64,000 bases of DNA from a virus (Duplodnaviria; Heunggongvirae; Uroviricota; Caudoviricetes), in the IMG/VR virus record IMGVR_UViG_3300037487_000968, positions 141,280 through 205,279 of that record. One strand, written 5' to 3'. Made by a program: the position numbers and the translations under genes. How positions within the stretch are numbered: position 1 is the first letter of the stretch; every line of letters begins with the position of its first letter. Under the pieces are notes generated by a model. It searched no databases and had not been told where the DNA came from. It was given only the letters and a program-made list of their open reading frames with translations. This document shows, in pieces, positions 9,083 through 17,370 of this stretch.

Positions 9083-9372
9083 TACGATACCTTATACAAA
9101 GGACGAAGTGATGCTGCCTTTTTCACAGCCGATGCTGATTTTCCTTTAACCTTTGTTACCGCAGGTTTGGGCATTCTGTTCATTTCCTTGTTCATATACC
9201 AATCCAACATCTTTGCCCGTACTTGGTCAGCAATGCTGCCATAATTAGGATCATAGCTAAAACGGATTGGAGAATCAGCCCAAGCATTACGCTTTAAGAA
9301 AGCCGCGACAGCATGTCGATGTGCTTTGTTAGCAGGATCAAATGGTGTTGTATTAGGTTTCTGAAGAATCAT
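9082..9372 (-). CDS. hypothetical basic protein
   Basis: 96-aa ORF with a 1-nt overlap to the upstream gene. Confidence 0.4.
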   Translation of the reverse strand: MILQKPNTTPFDPANKAHRHAVAAFLKRNAWADSPIRFSYDPNYGSIADQVRAKMLDWYMNKEMNRMPKPAVTKVKGKSASAVKKAASLRPLYKVS

Positions 9373-9394
9373 TTTATATCCTTAAAGTAAGTGT

Positions 9395-9471
9395 TGGCCT
9401 GACCGGAGGGACTCGAACCCCCGACCTACAGCTTAGAAGGCTGTTGCTCTATCCAGTTGAGCTACGGTCAG
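9395..9471 (-). tRNA. tRNA-Arg (anticodon TCT)
   Basis: Acceptor CTGACCG/CGGTCAG, D-arm GCTCAACTGGATAGAGC, anticodon stem ACAGC/GCTGT with loop CTTCTAA, encoded CCA. The T-arm is identical to that of tRNA-Met. Confidence 0.75.
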
Positions 9472-9607
9472 AGAATTTAATTAAGAAAGCCGGCCGCAAA
9501 CGGAATGTAAACAAGACACCATTGCTGGGGAAGATAAATTACACTTACCAACACTGCGGTAGTAAATCGTTTAATAGATTGCATGATAGCTCCTTAGTGT
9601 TTATATT

Positions 9608-9644
9608 ATAACAAAAGACGAAGGGACTGTCAACCAGTCCCTTC
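9608..9644 (-). terminator. Intrinsic terminator hairpin (GAAGGGACTG..CAGTCCCTTC) followed by T-tract
   Basis: 10-bp GC-rich stem, then CTTTTGTT on the minus strand, downstream of the 9675-9893 gene. Confidence 0.5.
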
Positions 9645-9674
9645 CATCCCTTCCATCCTTGCCATCTTGCCTAC

Positions 9675-9893
9675 TTACTTGGCTGGTGTTGATGCTGCCT
9701 TGGCTGGAGCAACTGCCTTTTTAGCTTTCTTAGCTTTAACTGCCTTCTTAGCAGGTGCAGCCTTAGCAGGTGCAGCAGGAGCAGCAACTGGTGCCGCAAC
9801 AGCAGGAGCAGCTACGGCAGCAGGTGCAACCGGTGCGGCAGCAAAAGCAGCAAAAGCAACAGTAGCAAGAACGAGAGTGATAAGTTTTTTCAT
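9675..9893 (-). CDS. Secreted Ala/Pro/Lys-rich low-complexity protein (histone-H1/AlgP-like AKKA repeats)
   Basis: N-terminal signal peptide MKKLITLVLATVAFAAFA, then PA(A/V)AAP and AKKAVKAKKAKKA repeats. The local GC content is higher than that of neighbouring genes. Confidence 0.45.
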   Translation of the reverse strand: MKKLITLVLATVAFAAFAAAPVAPAAVAAPAVAAPVAAPAAPAKAAPAKKAVKAKKAKKAVAPAKAASTPAK

Positions 9894-9972
9894 AATTTTC
9901 CTTTGTGTAATGTAAACTATAGACTATTTACCATTATATTGTAGTATATTAATTGATGTCGGTCAATCAGCT

Positions 9973-10350
9973 TCAATGTAATGTTGGTAAAGTTTCTTCG
10001 TGGTCGATATTAATCAATCCTCCCTGTTGAGAGATATCAATAAGGTGATTGGTGAGATTTTTGTATGAATCGTTGAGTTCTCGTTCATTCCGTAGGATCA
10101 TACGAAGAATATTTCGGCAATGCTCTGGAGAAATATCCTGCACTTGCAGCATTTCTCCAGCTTCATTAAACCAAATTTCTTCTGGAAATACCTTACCATC
10201 CAGTGCAGTATAGGTTTTATGTTCCTGCCATTGTACCTTGAAGCCAGTATTATCGGGCAGTTCCTGTACCTCGATCACATATTTGTGTGAATTGACTATA
10301 GGTCTTACAAGTTCTTCAAGTTCTTCGTATGTTCCGACTTCTTGTTTCAT
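9973..10350 (-). CDS. hypothetical protein
   Basis: 125-aa ORF. Its start overlaps the stop of the HFGVE-family gene by ATGA. Confidence 0.45.
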   Translation of the reverse strand: MKQEVGTYEELEELVRPIVNSHKYVIEVQELPDNTGFKVQWQEHKTYTALDGKVFPEEIWFNEAGEMLQVQDISPEHCRNILRMILRNERELNDSYKNLTNHLIDISQQGGLINIDHEETLPTLH

Positions 10351-10556
10351 TCTTCAACTCCGAAATGATCTAACACATTTAACGCAGACTTCGGTCCAGT
10401 CTTATCAAAGACTACTTTAGCACATTCCCGGACAATCAGCTCAGCAAATTTCTCCAAGTCAAACTCAGATACTTCGTCTTCGAGCACGCCCGAAAACTGT
10501 GCCGGTGTCAAATTTATTCCAGCCTTAATGGCAAGTTCTAAAATTCGTTTATTCAT
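10347..10556 (-). CDS. Small protein of the FAELIVREC...HFGVE paralog family
   Basis: 69 aa with KFAELIVRECA and a DHFGVEE C-terminus. Homologous to five small ORFs at 32.9-35.2 kb. Confidence 0.5.
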   Translation of the reverse strand: MNKRILELAIKAGINLTPAQFSGVLEDEVSEFDLEKFAELIVRECAKVVFDKTGPKSALNVLDHFGVEE

Positions 10557-10846
10557 TTAACTACCTTATTCTTTCCACAAGTACATTGGCGCCCTTGGTT
10601 ACAGTCGTGATTACAACCGGTCTTGCACCACTCTACAAGTTTAAGCCAAAATGCCAACAAATTAGCTTTCATCTTGCCTCTCCTTTGAATCTTTCTTTTG
10701 GGCCTGTCTTTCAGACTTCCAAAAGATTCGTTTCCAATCTCTTAAATGTTTCCACCACTGCGGTGCAGGAGTGAGTTGTCCTTGTCTTTTTTGAGCCATA
10801 ATGTATTATAATAATAATTAGTGCTAATGTCAAAGTTCCGGAGATC

Positions 10847-11068
10847 TTATTCATTAGTTTGTTTTTCAAACTCTTCATCTCTTGCTTGATCGTATAAGTA
10901 ATCACCATATGCGGCCCAGCGTTCCGGGATTGGATTTCCGCCTACGTCATATCGACCGCTCGTAGATACATTTCCGTTGACATCATAATATTCATCATCG
11001 ACGTCTTGGATTTCTATTTGTTTTTTCATATCGACTCCTATATTAACTATATTATAAAAGATAGACAA
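10847..11068 (-). CDS. hypothetical protein
   Basis: 73-aa acidic ORF. Confidence 0.35.
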   Translation of the reverse strand: MSIFYNIVNIGVDMKKQIEIQDVDDEYYDVNGNVSTSGRYDVGGNPIPERWAAYGDYLYDQARDEEFEKQTNE

Positions 11069-11208
11069 CTATCTGTCAACTGATGTATTTATTATATTGG
11101 GTTTGATATGAAATGGATTTCACCAAGATCAAGTCTGCTCGTGTTGCCTGATCGCAACAATGATTCTTATAGAGTGGAACTCGACTACCGTTTCTATTGA
11201 TTGTTGGT

Positions 11209-11586
11209 TTAAGGCAACATTGGGGCTATTTTGGGTTTGGTATTCTTGATGAGTTTCTTTGTAAATTTCAAATGGCCGGACATAGCACTGGCACATGGAA
11301 ATTGCTCACCTTTCTTGAATTTCGCACCATTGAGGGTAAATGGTTTTATTACTTCATCACCATTCCACCAACCGCGTTGTATTTTGATATACCCATCAAC
11401 ACCTAGTTGTTCGCGTAGTTTAGCGAACTCTGGGTGATCATCTGAACGAATTGTGCAGCAGCGATCTTCACCTTTAAGAATTTTAACAAGTTGATCATCT
11501 GTTAGTTCCTTTAGGCCAGCGTATATGCTCCACTCTTTCTTGATATTGATGGAAGTTAAATAACATTCATCAATTTCAAATTTCAT
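11209..11586 (-). CDS. hypothetical protein
   Basis: 125-aa ORF. Confidence 0.4.
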   Translation of the reverse strand: MKFEIDECYLTSINIKKEWSIYAGLKELTDDQLVKILKGEDRCCTIRSDDHPEFAKLREQLGVDGYIKIQRGWWNGDEVIKPFTLNGAKFKKGEQFPCASAMSGHLKFTKKLIKNTKPKIAPMLP

Positions 11587-12101
11587 TCTTCGGCCAATTT
11601 AGGGCTACCAGAGGGTACCGGATCGGCATACGGCTCAGATTCTTCGTGTCTTTCGCGATGGTGCCTATTACACAATGTCTTGGTCCAGCCATCACTACGT
11701 GGCTCGCCTGGTGCGCCACACATTTCGCATACACGGAAAGACATAGATTCGGCAAAATCGATGTAGTTATGCACTTCATCTGTAGCACTACTTACATAAA
11801 ATCGCAATCCACCGAATTTCTCTTTAACTTGAGTAATGGTAGGAAGCTCTTCCAGGGCATCTGCTACTTCCTTTTCGAGTTCGGCTATCTTTACAGAATC
11901 CAGAGAATTTCCCGGCTGTTCTAACTCATATTTCAATCGTCTCTTAGCACTTTCTATCTTATGTGAGATTAAATTGCACAAGGTGTCTATTATACCTGAC
12001 CATCCTATCTCTACACCAAAGTAATCAACTTGGGCTTTCTGATATAGGTCTGGCCAGCGTTTGGCTAATTCTTCAAAGTGTTGATCAATATCTTTATTCA
12101 T
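11583..12101 (-). CDS. hypothetical protein with C-terminal Cys4 zinc-ribbon
   Basis: 172 aa. The sequence CEMCG...CNRHH suggests a zinc-binding module. Confidence 0.4.
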   Translation of the reverse strand: MNKDIDQHFEELAKRWPDLYQKAQVDYFGVEIGWSGIIDTLCNLISHKIESAKRRLKYELEQPGNSLDSVKIAELEKEVADALEELPTITQVKEKFGGLRFYVSSATDEVHNYIDFAESMSFRVCEMCGAPGEPRSDGWTKTLCNRHHRERHEESEPYADPVPSGSPKLAEE

Positions 12102-12164
12102 ACTATTATTTTAATATTTTTTAATGTAAAAGTCTATAGCTTCGTACGTCTATAGGCACAGAAA

Positions 12165-12255
12165 TTGTGCAGGATTTTCGCACAGGATTTGGGTTTGAAA
12201 ATCCAAATCTGATTTGGAAATCTGAGATGGAATTTTGAAAAGGATTTTCAGATAT
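12165..12255. repeat. Iteron-like direct repeats (A)GGA(T/A)TTT x5 with an embedded palindrome TCCAAATCTGATTTGGA
   Basis: AGGATTTTCG, AGGATTTGGG, GATTTGGAAA, GGAATTTTGAAA and AGGATTTTCAG are spaced about 11-14 bp apart in the intergenic gap 12102-12247. Confidence 0.5.
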
Positions 12256-12694
12256 AAGAAGGACAGAAGGTTAAGTAAATGAAAGATGTCTTCCTGAAAT
12301 GTAAGACATTTTTAACACTCGGATTATATTTGTAGCCTGCTAAAGGTTTGCTATGCCTTGTAGGCATCTCTACATCAAAATAAAGATCCAATGTCCATGA
12401 AGTCATCCCATTAGAACAATCTACGATCATATATTTCATAACACTCTTCGCTGTAACAGTTTCTTGACCAACCTTTACATTACCGGGTTCTTCTAATACT
12501 ATGAGTATAGATCCTTGTCCATAATCGTCTTCATCTATTTGATTTCTTTCGCGATCATTTATATCTACAAAAGCCTTTAGTCCTGCGTAATCGAAACCTA
12601 CTATAGGTTTCCACTCTATAGGTAGTGCCTGTGTATCTTCTGCGGCGCCAGCAATATTACACATCATTAATAAAAGAAGTGTGAATATCCTCAT
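12248..12694 (-). CDS. Secreted hypothetical protein
   Basis: Signal peptide MRIFTLLLLMMCNIAGAA. 148 aa. Confidence 0.45.
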   Translation of the reverse strand: MRIFTLLLLMMCNIAGAAEDTQALPIEWKPIVGFDYAGLKAFVDINDRERNQIDEDDYGQGSILIVLEEPGNVKVGQETVTAKSVMKYMIVDCSNGMTSWTLDLYFDVEMPTRHSKPLAGYKYNPSVKNVLHFRKTSFIYLTFCPSYI

Positions 12695-12732
12695 ACTCTA
12701 TTTACCGACACCCCACACTTCTTTTAAGTATG

Positions 12733-12978
12733 TTACATCGATAATGGTTCTGCTAGTTCCGGGATTGTAGCTATGTGTAGGCTAGGGAAAGTAAGAGTAA
12801 TATAGGTGGCATCTTCGTCCGACATCTGTGCTGTATAAACTACAGTTCGATCATTGCCTGCTCCGGCGACAACCTTCATATGATATCTTATACAGTTTTC
12901 GTATAGGAAACTACAAACAGAAGAATCAGTTTCGGAGAAAACTTCTTTTACAATAAAACATTTAGTCAGTATGTTCAT
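12733..12978 (-). CDS. hypothetical small protein
   Basis: 81-aa ORF. Confidence 0.3.
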   Translation of the reverse strand: MNILTKCFIVKEVFSETDSSVCSFLYENCIRYHMKVVAGAGNDRTVVYTAQMSDEDATYITLTFPSLHIATIPELAEPLSM

Positions 12979-13186
12979 ATTTTGTTAAATCGTGTATTTC
13001 TTGAAATTTACATGCAAGCCGAATATAAAGTAATTCATATTTAGATAATGAGACAAAGTATCCCATTATTATATTTTCAAGGTCAGATATCACTATATGA
13101 TCTATGCTTATACCCATATGGGTAAGAACTTTATCAATATGCTCCTTGTCTTTAACTTCTAAGTCTATGCGATAATTACTCTTCAT
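12962..13186 (-). CDS. hypothetical small protein
   Basis: 74-aa ORF. Confidence 0.3.
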   Translation of the reverse strand: MKSNYRIDLEVKDKEHIDKVLTHMGISIDHIVISDLENIIMGYFVSLSKYELLYIRLACKFQEIHDLTKYEHTD

Positions 13187-13581
13187 CGTAGCTGTATTCC
13201 TTCTAATTTTTCTGCCAATACTTTTGGATCAAGGAGCGACCCTTTTTCAATAGGAAACAAATTCGACATCGTACCGTCGGCATTCATTCCGTCTACTTTT
13301 ACTGTAATGGTAACTTTATGTTGATCATTGATACGCTTTTCTTCGGCGAGTTCTTCTTCTGTGCGTTCGCGTCTAATAATGACATTTTTCATACCTAAGC
13401 GGAAGGTTAGGGCAGCTTCTGGATCCATATCCATAACTGCTTGTCTTTCACTAGTCCTGGGATTATCTAAATCGATAATACTAATTTCTTCAAGCACTGT
13501 ATATTCCTCGGGTTCGAGCCGTTCTACAATACGACGAAATTTGCCTTCTTCTTCGGCGCCAAACTTAAATGTATATTTCAT
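13183..13581 (-). CDS. hypothetical protein
   Basis: 132 aa. First in a run of ATGA-overlapping coupled ORFs (13183-14217). Confidence 0.4.
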   Translation of the reverse strand: MKYTFKFGAEEEGKFRRIVERLEPEEYTVLEEISIIDLDNPRTSERQAVMDMDPEAALTFRLGMKNVIIRRERTEEELAEEKRINDQHKVTITVKVDGMNADGTMSNLFPIEKGSLLDPKVLAEKLEGIQLR

Positions 13582-13778
13582 ACTGTTTCCTTATAGTTCA
13601 TCATTCCCTTAATAGGGATTGTTAATTTTAATGCTGTTGCTGCTCTTTCATTCATGCTCACTATGTACAAAACATCAAACGGTTCTTGAATTATCTTAAA
13701 TTTGATATGTTCTTTAGCAGCATAGTCTTCAAACTTAATCCAATGCTCGGCAGCTATTCTAATAATATAATTGTTCAT
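13578..13778 (-). CDS. hypothetical small protein
   Basis: 66 aa with a 4-nt overlap. Confidence 0.35.
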   Translation of the reverse strand: MNNYIIRIAAEHWIKFEDYAAKEHIKFKIIQEPFDVLYIVSMNERAATALKLTIPIKGMMNYKETV

Positions 13779-14005
13779 GCCATGAGATACTCGAAAGTAT
13801 TTGGTGGGTATTTAAGTTTAATCACTGTTTCTAATTCTTCGTCTGATACATAAAAGATAATCTTAGCCGGCAGTTGCAATTGATGTTTATTTCCTTTTAC
13901 ATCCGGCTCAATAACTCTAAAAATAGTCACACCCACTACATCTGTGAGCCATTTCTTCTTTGTTTCGACTTCCCATAATTGGCAGGTATATGACATAAAT
14001 TTCAT
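13775..14005 (-). CDS. hypothetical small protein
   Basis: 76 aa with a 4-nt overlap. Confidence 0.35.
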   Translation of the reverse strand: MKFMSYTCQLWEVETKKKWLTDVVGVTIFRVIEPDVKGNKHQLQLPAKIIFYVSDEELETVIKLKYPPNTFEYLMA

Positions 14006-14217
14006 CGTTGTCTATAGTTAGTCTGCACATCAAGTTTATGACGAAGCTTTATAAGAAGTGCTATTTCGGGATTAACAATAACACCAAGTGCAACTGAATA
14101 TTGATTTGCTTTATAATTCCAGACGGTACTAATCGATGGATATACTTTTTGATCATGTAACCACTTAATTTCAGAGTCCTGCTCTGCTGGTGGCACACAG
14201 TATATTATTTGGATCAT
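14002..14217 (-). CDS. hypothetical small protein
   Basis: 71 aa with a 4-nt overlap. Confidence 0.35.
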   Translation of the reverse strand: MIQIIYCVPPAEQDSEIKWLHDQKVYPSISTVWNYKANQYSVALGVIVNPEIALLIKLRHKLDVQTNYRQR

Positions 14218-14256
14218 ACTGTATTTTACTACATCATATATTTATACGCAATTGAT

Positions 14257-14445
14257 TTATCTTTTCCAGACATACATTGCACCTAATTTTAGAACAAGGG
14301 CAGTCATTTCTTCATCTATTGTTTCTACAATAAAAAAGCGATAACCTGCTCCTCGTGCCGTTTCGATTATAGCAAAATTATCTGTTTCAGCCATATCAAC
14401 CAGATGAGCTAATTTATCCGGTATCATAACATTTATCAGAGTCAC
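14257..14445 (-). CDS. hypothetical small protein
   Basis: 62 aa with a 4-nt overlap to the DD-carboxypeptidase gene. Confidence 0.3.
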   Translation of the reverse strand: MTLINVMIPDKLAHLVDMAETDNFAIIETARGAGYRFFIVETIDEEMTALVLKLGAMYVWKR

Positions 14446-15212
14446 AATTCCTTAACCAGCCTTTCCATATCGGGTATTCTAGTATGTGCGTTTTTACTAC
14501 CTAGTAAGACAAAGATTTTTCTACCTACAGCAGAGTTCATCATCATTACAAGGCATCCTCCTGCTGGATTAGTAAATCCAGTTTTAGATAATACTATACT
14601 AAACTTTGATGTGAGCGGGTTGGTATTATGTATTTTGATTGATCTTTTCTTAATCGGTATTTCGGCATTTGCCCGACTTGAAATATCAGTAATGGTATCA
14701 CTTAAAGAAGCAACCATAACCAGCTTGAGTAGATCGTGTGCGGTGCTAACATTACCTTTATCAAGTCCGGTCGGCTCTTGGTACCTTGTGTTAATCATAC
14801 CAATCTCTAATGCTTTCTCATTCATACGATCGACACAATTAGGGAGGTTGATACATAGAATTTGAGCGGCGAAGTTATCTGATCTAATGAGTGCTAATGT
14901 CAATAATTCGCGTCTAGTTAGTGTTTTTACTGTGCGTGGTATGCTGCTTTGCACTTGCCTTGTTTTTGGGATCAATATATCTTCGGTAAGATTTTGTTCT
15001 GAAGCAAGCAGAGCTACCATGAGTTTGCTAATAGAAGCAATTGGCCGAATGGTATCACCATCCTGCTCTCTTAATATTGTCCCATCTTCGTTTGCCACAA
15101 TAAAGCTTTTTGCGCTAAAGATTGGAACAGAAAAGGTGCGATGTTTAATGACTGCCGCGGCATTTCCTATTAGCATAGTTGTTGCACATACAGCTAAGAT
15201 CAGATTTTTCAT
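14442..15212 (-). CDS. Serine-type D-Ala-D-Ala carboxypeptidase/endopeptidase (PBP5/peptidase S11-like) with signal peptide
   Basis: Signal peptide, then SISK (SxxK), SDN (SxN) and KTG motifs in the correct order and spacing for a penicillin-binding protein fold. Confidence 0.65.
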   Translation of the reverse strand: MKNLILAVCATTMLIGNAAAVIKHRTFSVPIFSAKSFIVANEDGTILREQDGDTIRPIASISKLMVALLASEQNLTEDILIPKTRQVQSSIPRTVKTLTRRELLTLALIRSDNFAAQILCINLPNCVDRMNEKALEIGMINTRYQEPTGLDKGNVSTAHDLLKLVMVASLSDTITDISSRANAEIPIKKRSIKIHNTNPLTSKFSIVLSKTGFTNPAGGCLVMMMNSAVGRKIFVLLGSKNAHTRIPDMERLVKEL

Positions 15213-15243
15213 CTTAGTATTATACTACTAATACAGATTTTTG

Positions 15244-15627
15244 TCAACCCGTAACCATACCTTGCCCGGGTGCCTGCCATAATGGTCCAAGCGAAACAGG
15301 ACCGTATGTTATTACAGGAGCAGAAAGTGTAGTGCCATCATCTACCTGAAAACTAATCCTACCACCTCGGTCACTTGTGTCTAGCATATTATCAGTGACG
15401 CGAACCATAAAGGTGCCTTCGGTATTACTTACTAAGATAAGTTGCCTCATCTCAAATATAACACTAGCAGGGTTCTTGGGATACCAATGAACAGAAATTA
15501 TTCTGCTTAGATCCGAACCTATAAGTTTGAAATAACTAGGAATACCACTTGTGATAACAATGCCGACTAAACCACTACCTTCGAAGGGGCTAGTTGGTAA
15601 TGCTTGAATTCTTGCGATAGTTGTCAT
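15244..15627 (-). CDS. hypothetical protein
   Basis: 127-aa ORF. Confidence 0.4.
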   Translation of the reverse strand: MTTIARIQALPTSPFEGSGLVGIVITSGIPSYFKLIGSDLSRIISVHWYPKNPASVIFEMRQLILVSNTEGTFMVRVTDNMLDTSDRGGRISFQVDDGTTLSAPVITYGPVSLGPLWQAPGQGMVTG

Positions 15628-15638
15628 CCATTATTTAT

Positions 15639-15947
15639 CTAAAAATCCAAACGACAGTTTCTGATTGCCTTTGATGTACTATCTTCGTCATCGGGTAACA
15701 TAACAGCGTTACCTATTACAAAATTAAAATAATAGCTTTCGGGAATCTCTGCCATACTCTTATCTTCCTTAATTTTCATAAATGTAGGGAAAGATTCGTC
15801 TGCTTTGAATACAAAATCATGCCAGGTAGCATTCGGTTTCTTAATAGGCTCCAGGCAGTTCCAGTGAAAATCGGTATGTATAATACCCATTGCCCCCGAC
15901 TCCTTGAGTGCATCTTCTTTAAACCAACAGGACCAATAATACTTCAT
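15639..15947 (-). CDS. hypothetical protein
   Basis: 102-aa ORF. Confidence 0.4.
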   Translation of the reverse strand: MKYYWSCWFKEDALKESGAMGIIHTDFHWNCLEPIKKPNATWHDFVFKADESFPTFMKIKEDKSMAEIPESYYFNFVIGNAVMLPDDEDSTSKAIRNCRLDF

Positions 15948-16201
15948 ACTCGATATCTATCTTTAAGAGTATCAGGTATATAGGATATACGCATTCGATC
16001 AGATAAGAATTTATCTCTAAGTTTAATTACTGTAGCAGCCTCTGAATTAATTTTACCAGAAATCTTATAAGATAGGTTTCCCTTGTGATCGATGAGCGTG
16101 CAATTGTCTATAAATACGAAATCTTTGCCCAATTTGGACTCCAGATAAGACATACCGGGTTCGATTTCAAATATAAATTCAACAAAGATAAATTCATTCA
16201 T
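15944..16201 (-). CDS. hypothetical protein
   Basis: 85-aa ORF with a 4-nt overlap. Confidence 0.35.
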   Translation of the reverse strand: MNEFIFVEFIFEIEPGMSYLESKLGKDFVFIDNCTLIDHKGNLSYKISGKINSEAATVIKLRDKFLSDRMRISYIPDTLKDRYRV

Positions 16202-16539
16202 ACTTGAATGACTTCGCCATAAGTAATTTTTACTAGATTCTTATCAATGCGTGAGCAACTAGGAGCATAGACTTTTTCTTTTATAGAAAATGATTCTATA
16301 CCTAATAAAGTAATCACTTCTTTACACGTCATCGGTTGGTTAAGATGTACGTTAAGAAATATCTTTCTATTACTAAATTCTACATCAACATTACTGATTG
16401 CTTCACTCTCTACACTAAAAAATACAGGGTCAAGAAAGCATTTAGTAATATCGTCATTTATAATCCAATTTAATGTTAATACAGTCAAAACTAAAGATAG
16501 GAGAACAGCAAAGAAGCTTGTTCTCAGGAAATATTTCAT
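16198..16539 (-). CDS. hypothetical membrane-anchored protein
   Basis: 113 aa with an N-terminal TM segment. Confidence 0.4.
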   Translation of the reverse strand: MKYFLRTSFFAVLLSLVLTVLTLNWIINDDITKCFLDPVFFSVESEAISNVDVEFSNRKIFLNVHLNQPMTCKEVITLLGIESFSIKEKVYAPSCSRIDKNLVKITYGEVIQV

Positions 16540-16755
16540 TATGGTAGTCCAGGTAGGTGTTATTTAGGGTTCCAAGCATCTTTACCGGTTTTACGTTTAT
16601 ACCATGGCATCACAAGATTAAAATAGATAACCAAGAAAAGCCAGAGAAATGGTAAAAATGGGATTAGAACAACCCAACCTAAAATAAATGCCCATTTAGG
16701 TGGATTATCTATGTCGAATTTTATCATTTTATGATTCCGGTAATTATATACCTAT

Positions 16756-17277
16756 TTATAATTCTATCTTACACAATGCGCTAAATTCGCCTAAATGTGC
16801 ATTGAAGGTCTTAAGATCGAACATTGTTGAACGTCTTACAGCATCTGTTCCTAGCCAGCTGAAGCTAATGCTATTACTTGTTTTCATTGACTTAATAAGT
16901 GGTTGTGAAACATACATTGAACGATACAACAATGGTCCATCTTGTTCCCATCGAATAGCTGGGTCACCTTCGAATAATTTCTTATCCAAATGAATTTCGG
17001 TGTATTGCGGCATGTTGCCTATCATTGTGTTCCAGTAGATAGTAATAAGAGGATCGGCCGGCCTCGCTGCCGCTTTTGTGGAGCATACAAATCGCAAACC
17101 AGTGACAAACTTTTCCGTTTTAGCACCCACTTGCGTGCCTATCGCACTTGTATGATAAATGTACCCGATTGCTATCTTATTATTTCCGGTTACTTCGGTG
17201 ATCTTCCAACTAGGTATTTCGGCTGCGCCTGCTGTAATTGCTAGTGCAGAAATTATGCTAATGAATAGTTTTTTCAC
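16756..17277 (-). CDS. Secreted hypothetical protein
   Basis: Signal peptide MKKLFISIISALAITAGAA. 173 aa. Confidence 0.45.
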   Translation of the reverse strand: MKKLFISIISALAITAGAAEIPSWKITEVTGNNKIAIGYIYHTSAIGTQVGAKTEKFVTGLRFVCSTKAAARPADPLITIYWNTMIGNMPQYTEIHLDKKLFEGDPAIRWEQDGPLLYRSMYVSQPLIKSMKTSNSISFSWLGTDAVRRSTMFDLKTFNAHLGEFSALCKIEL

Positions 17278-17370
17278 ATAGACTCCTTGATATCACACAT
17301 ATTATAAGTTATAATAATATCATTAGTCAAAAGAAGTAAGATAAATAACGCTATACTTAATGGAAATTTA

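Noticed and set aside
9395-9471. Possible amber-suppressor tRNA (anticodon CTA)
   Set aside because: A first-pass register put CTA in the anticodon position. With the 5-bp ACAGC/GCTGT stem and U33/A37 placement the anticodon is TCT (Arg).
9667-9915. Plus-strand Ala-rich ORF overlapping the secreted AKKA-repeat gene
   Set aside because: Repetitive GC-rich Ala/Pro codons keep both strands open. The minus-strand version has a signal peptide and matches the strand of all neighbours.
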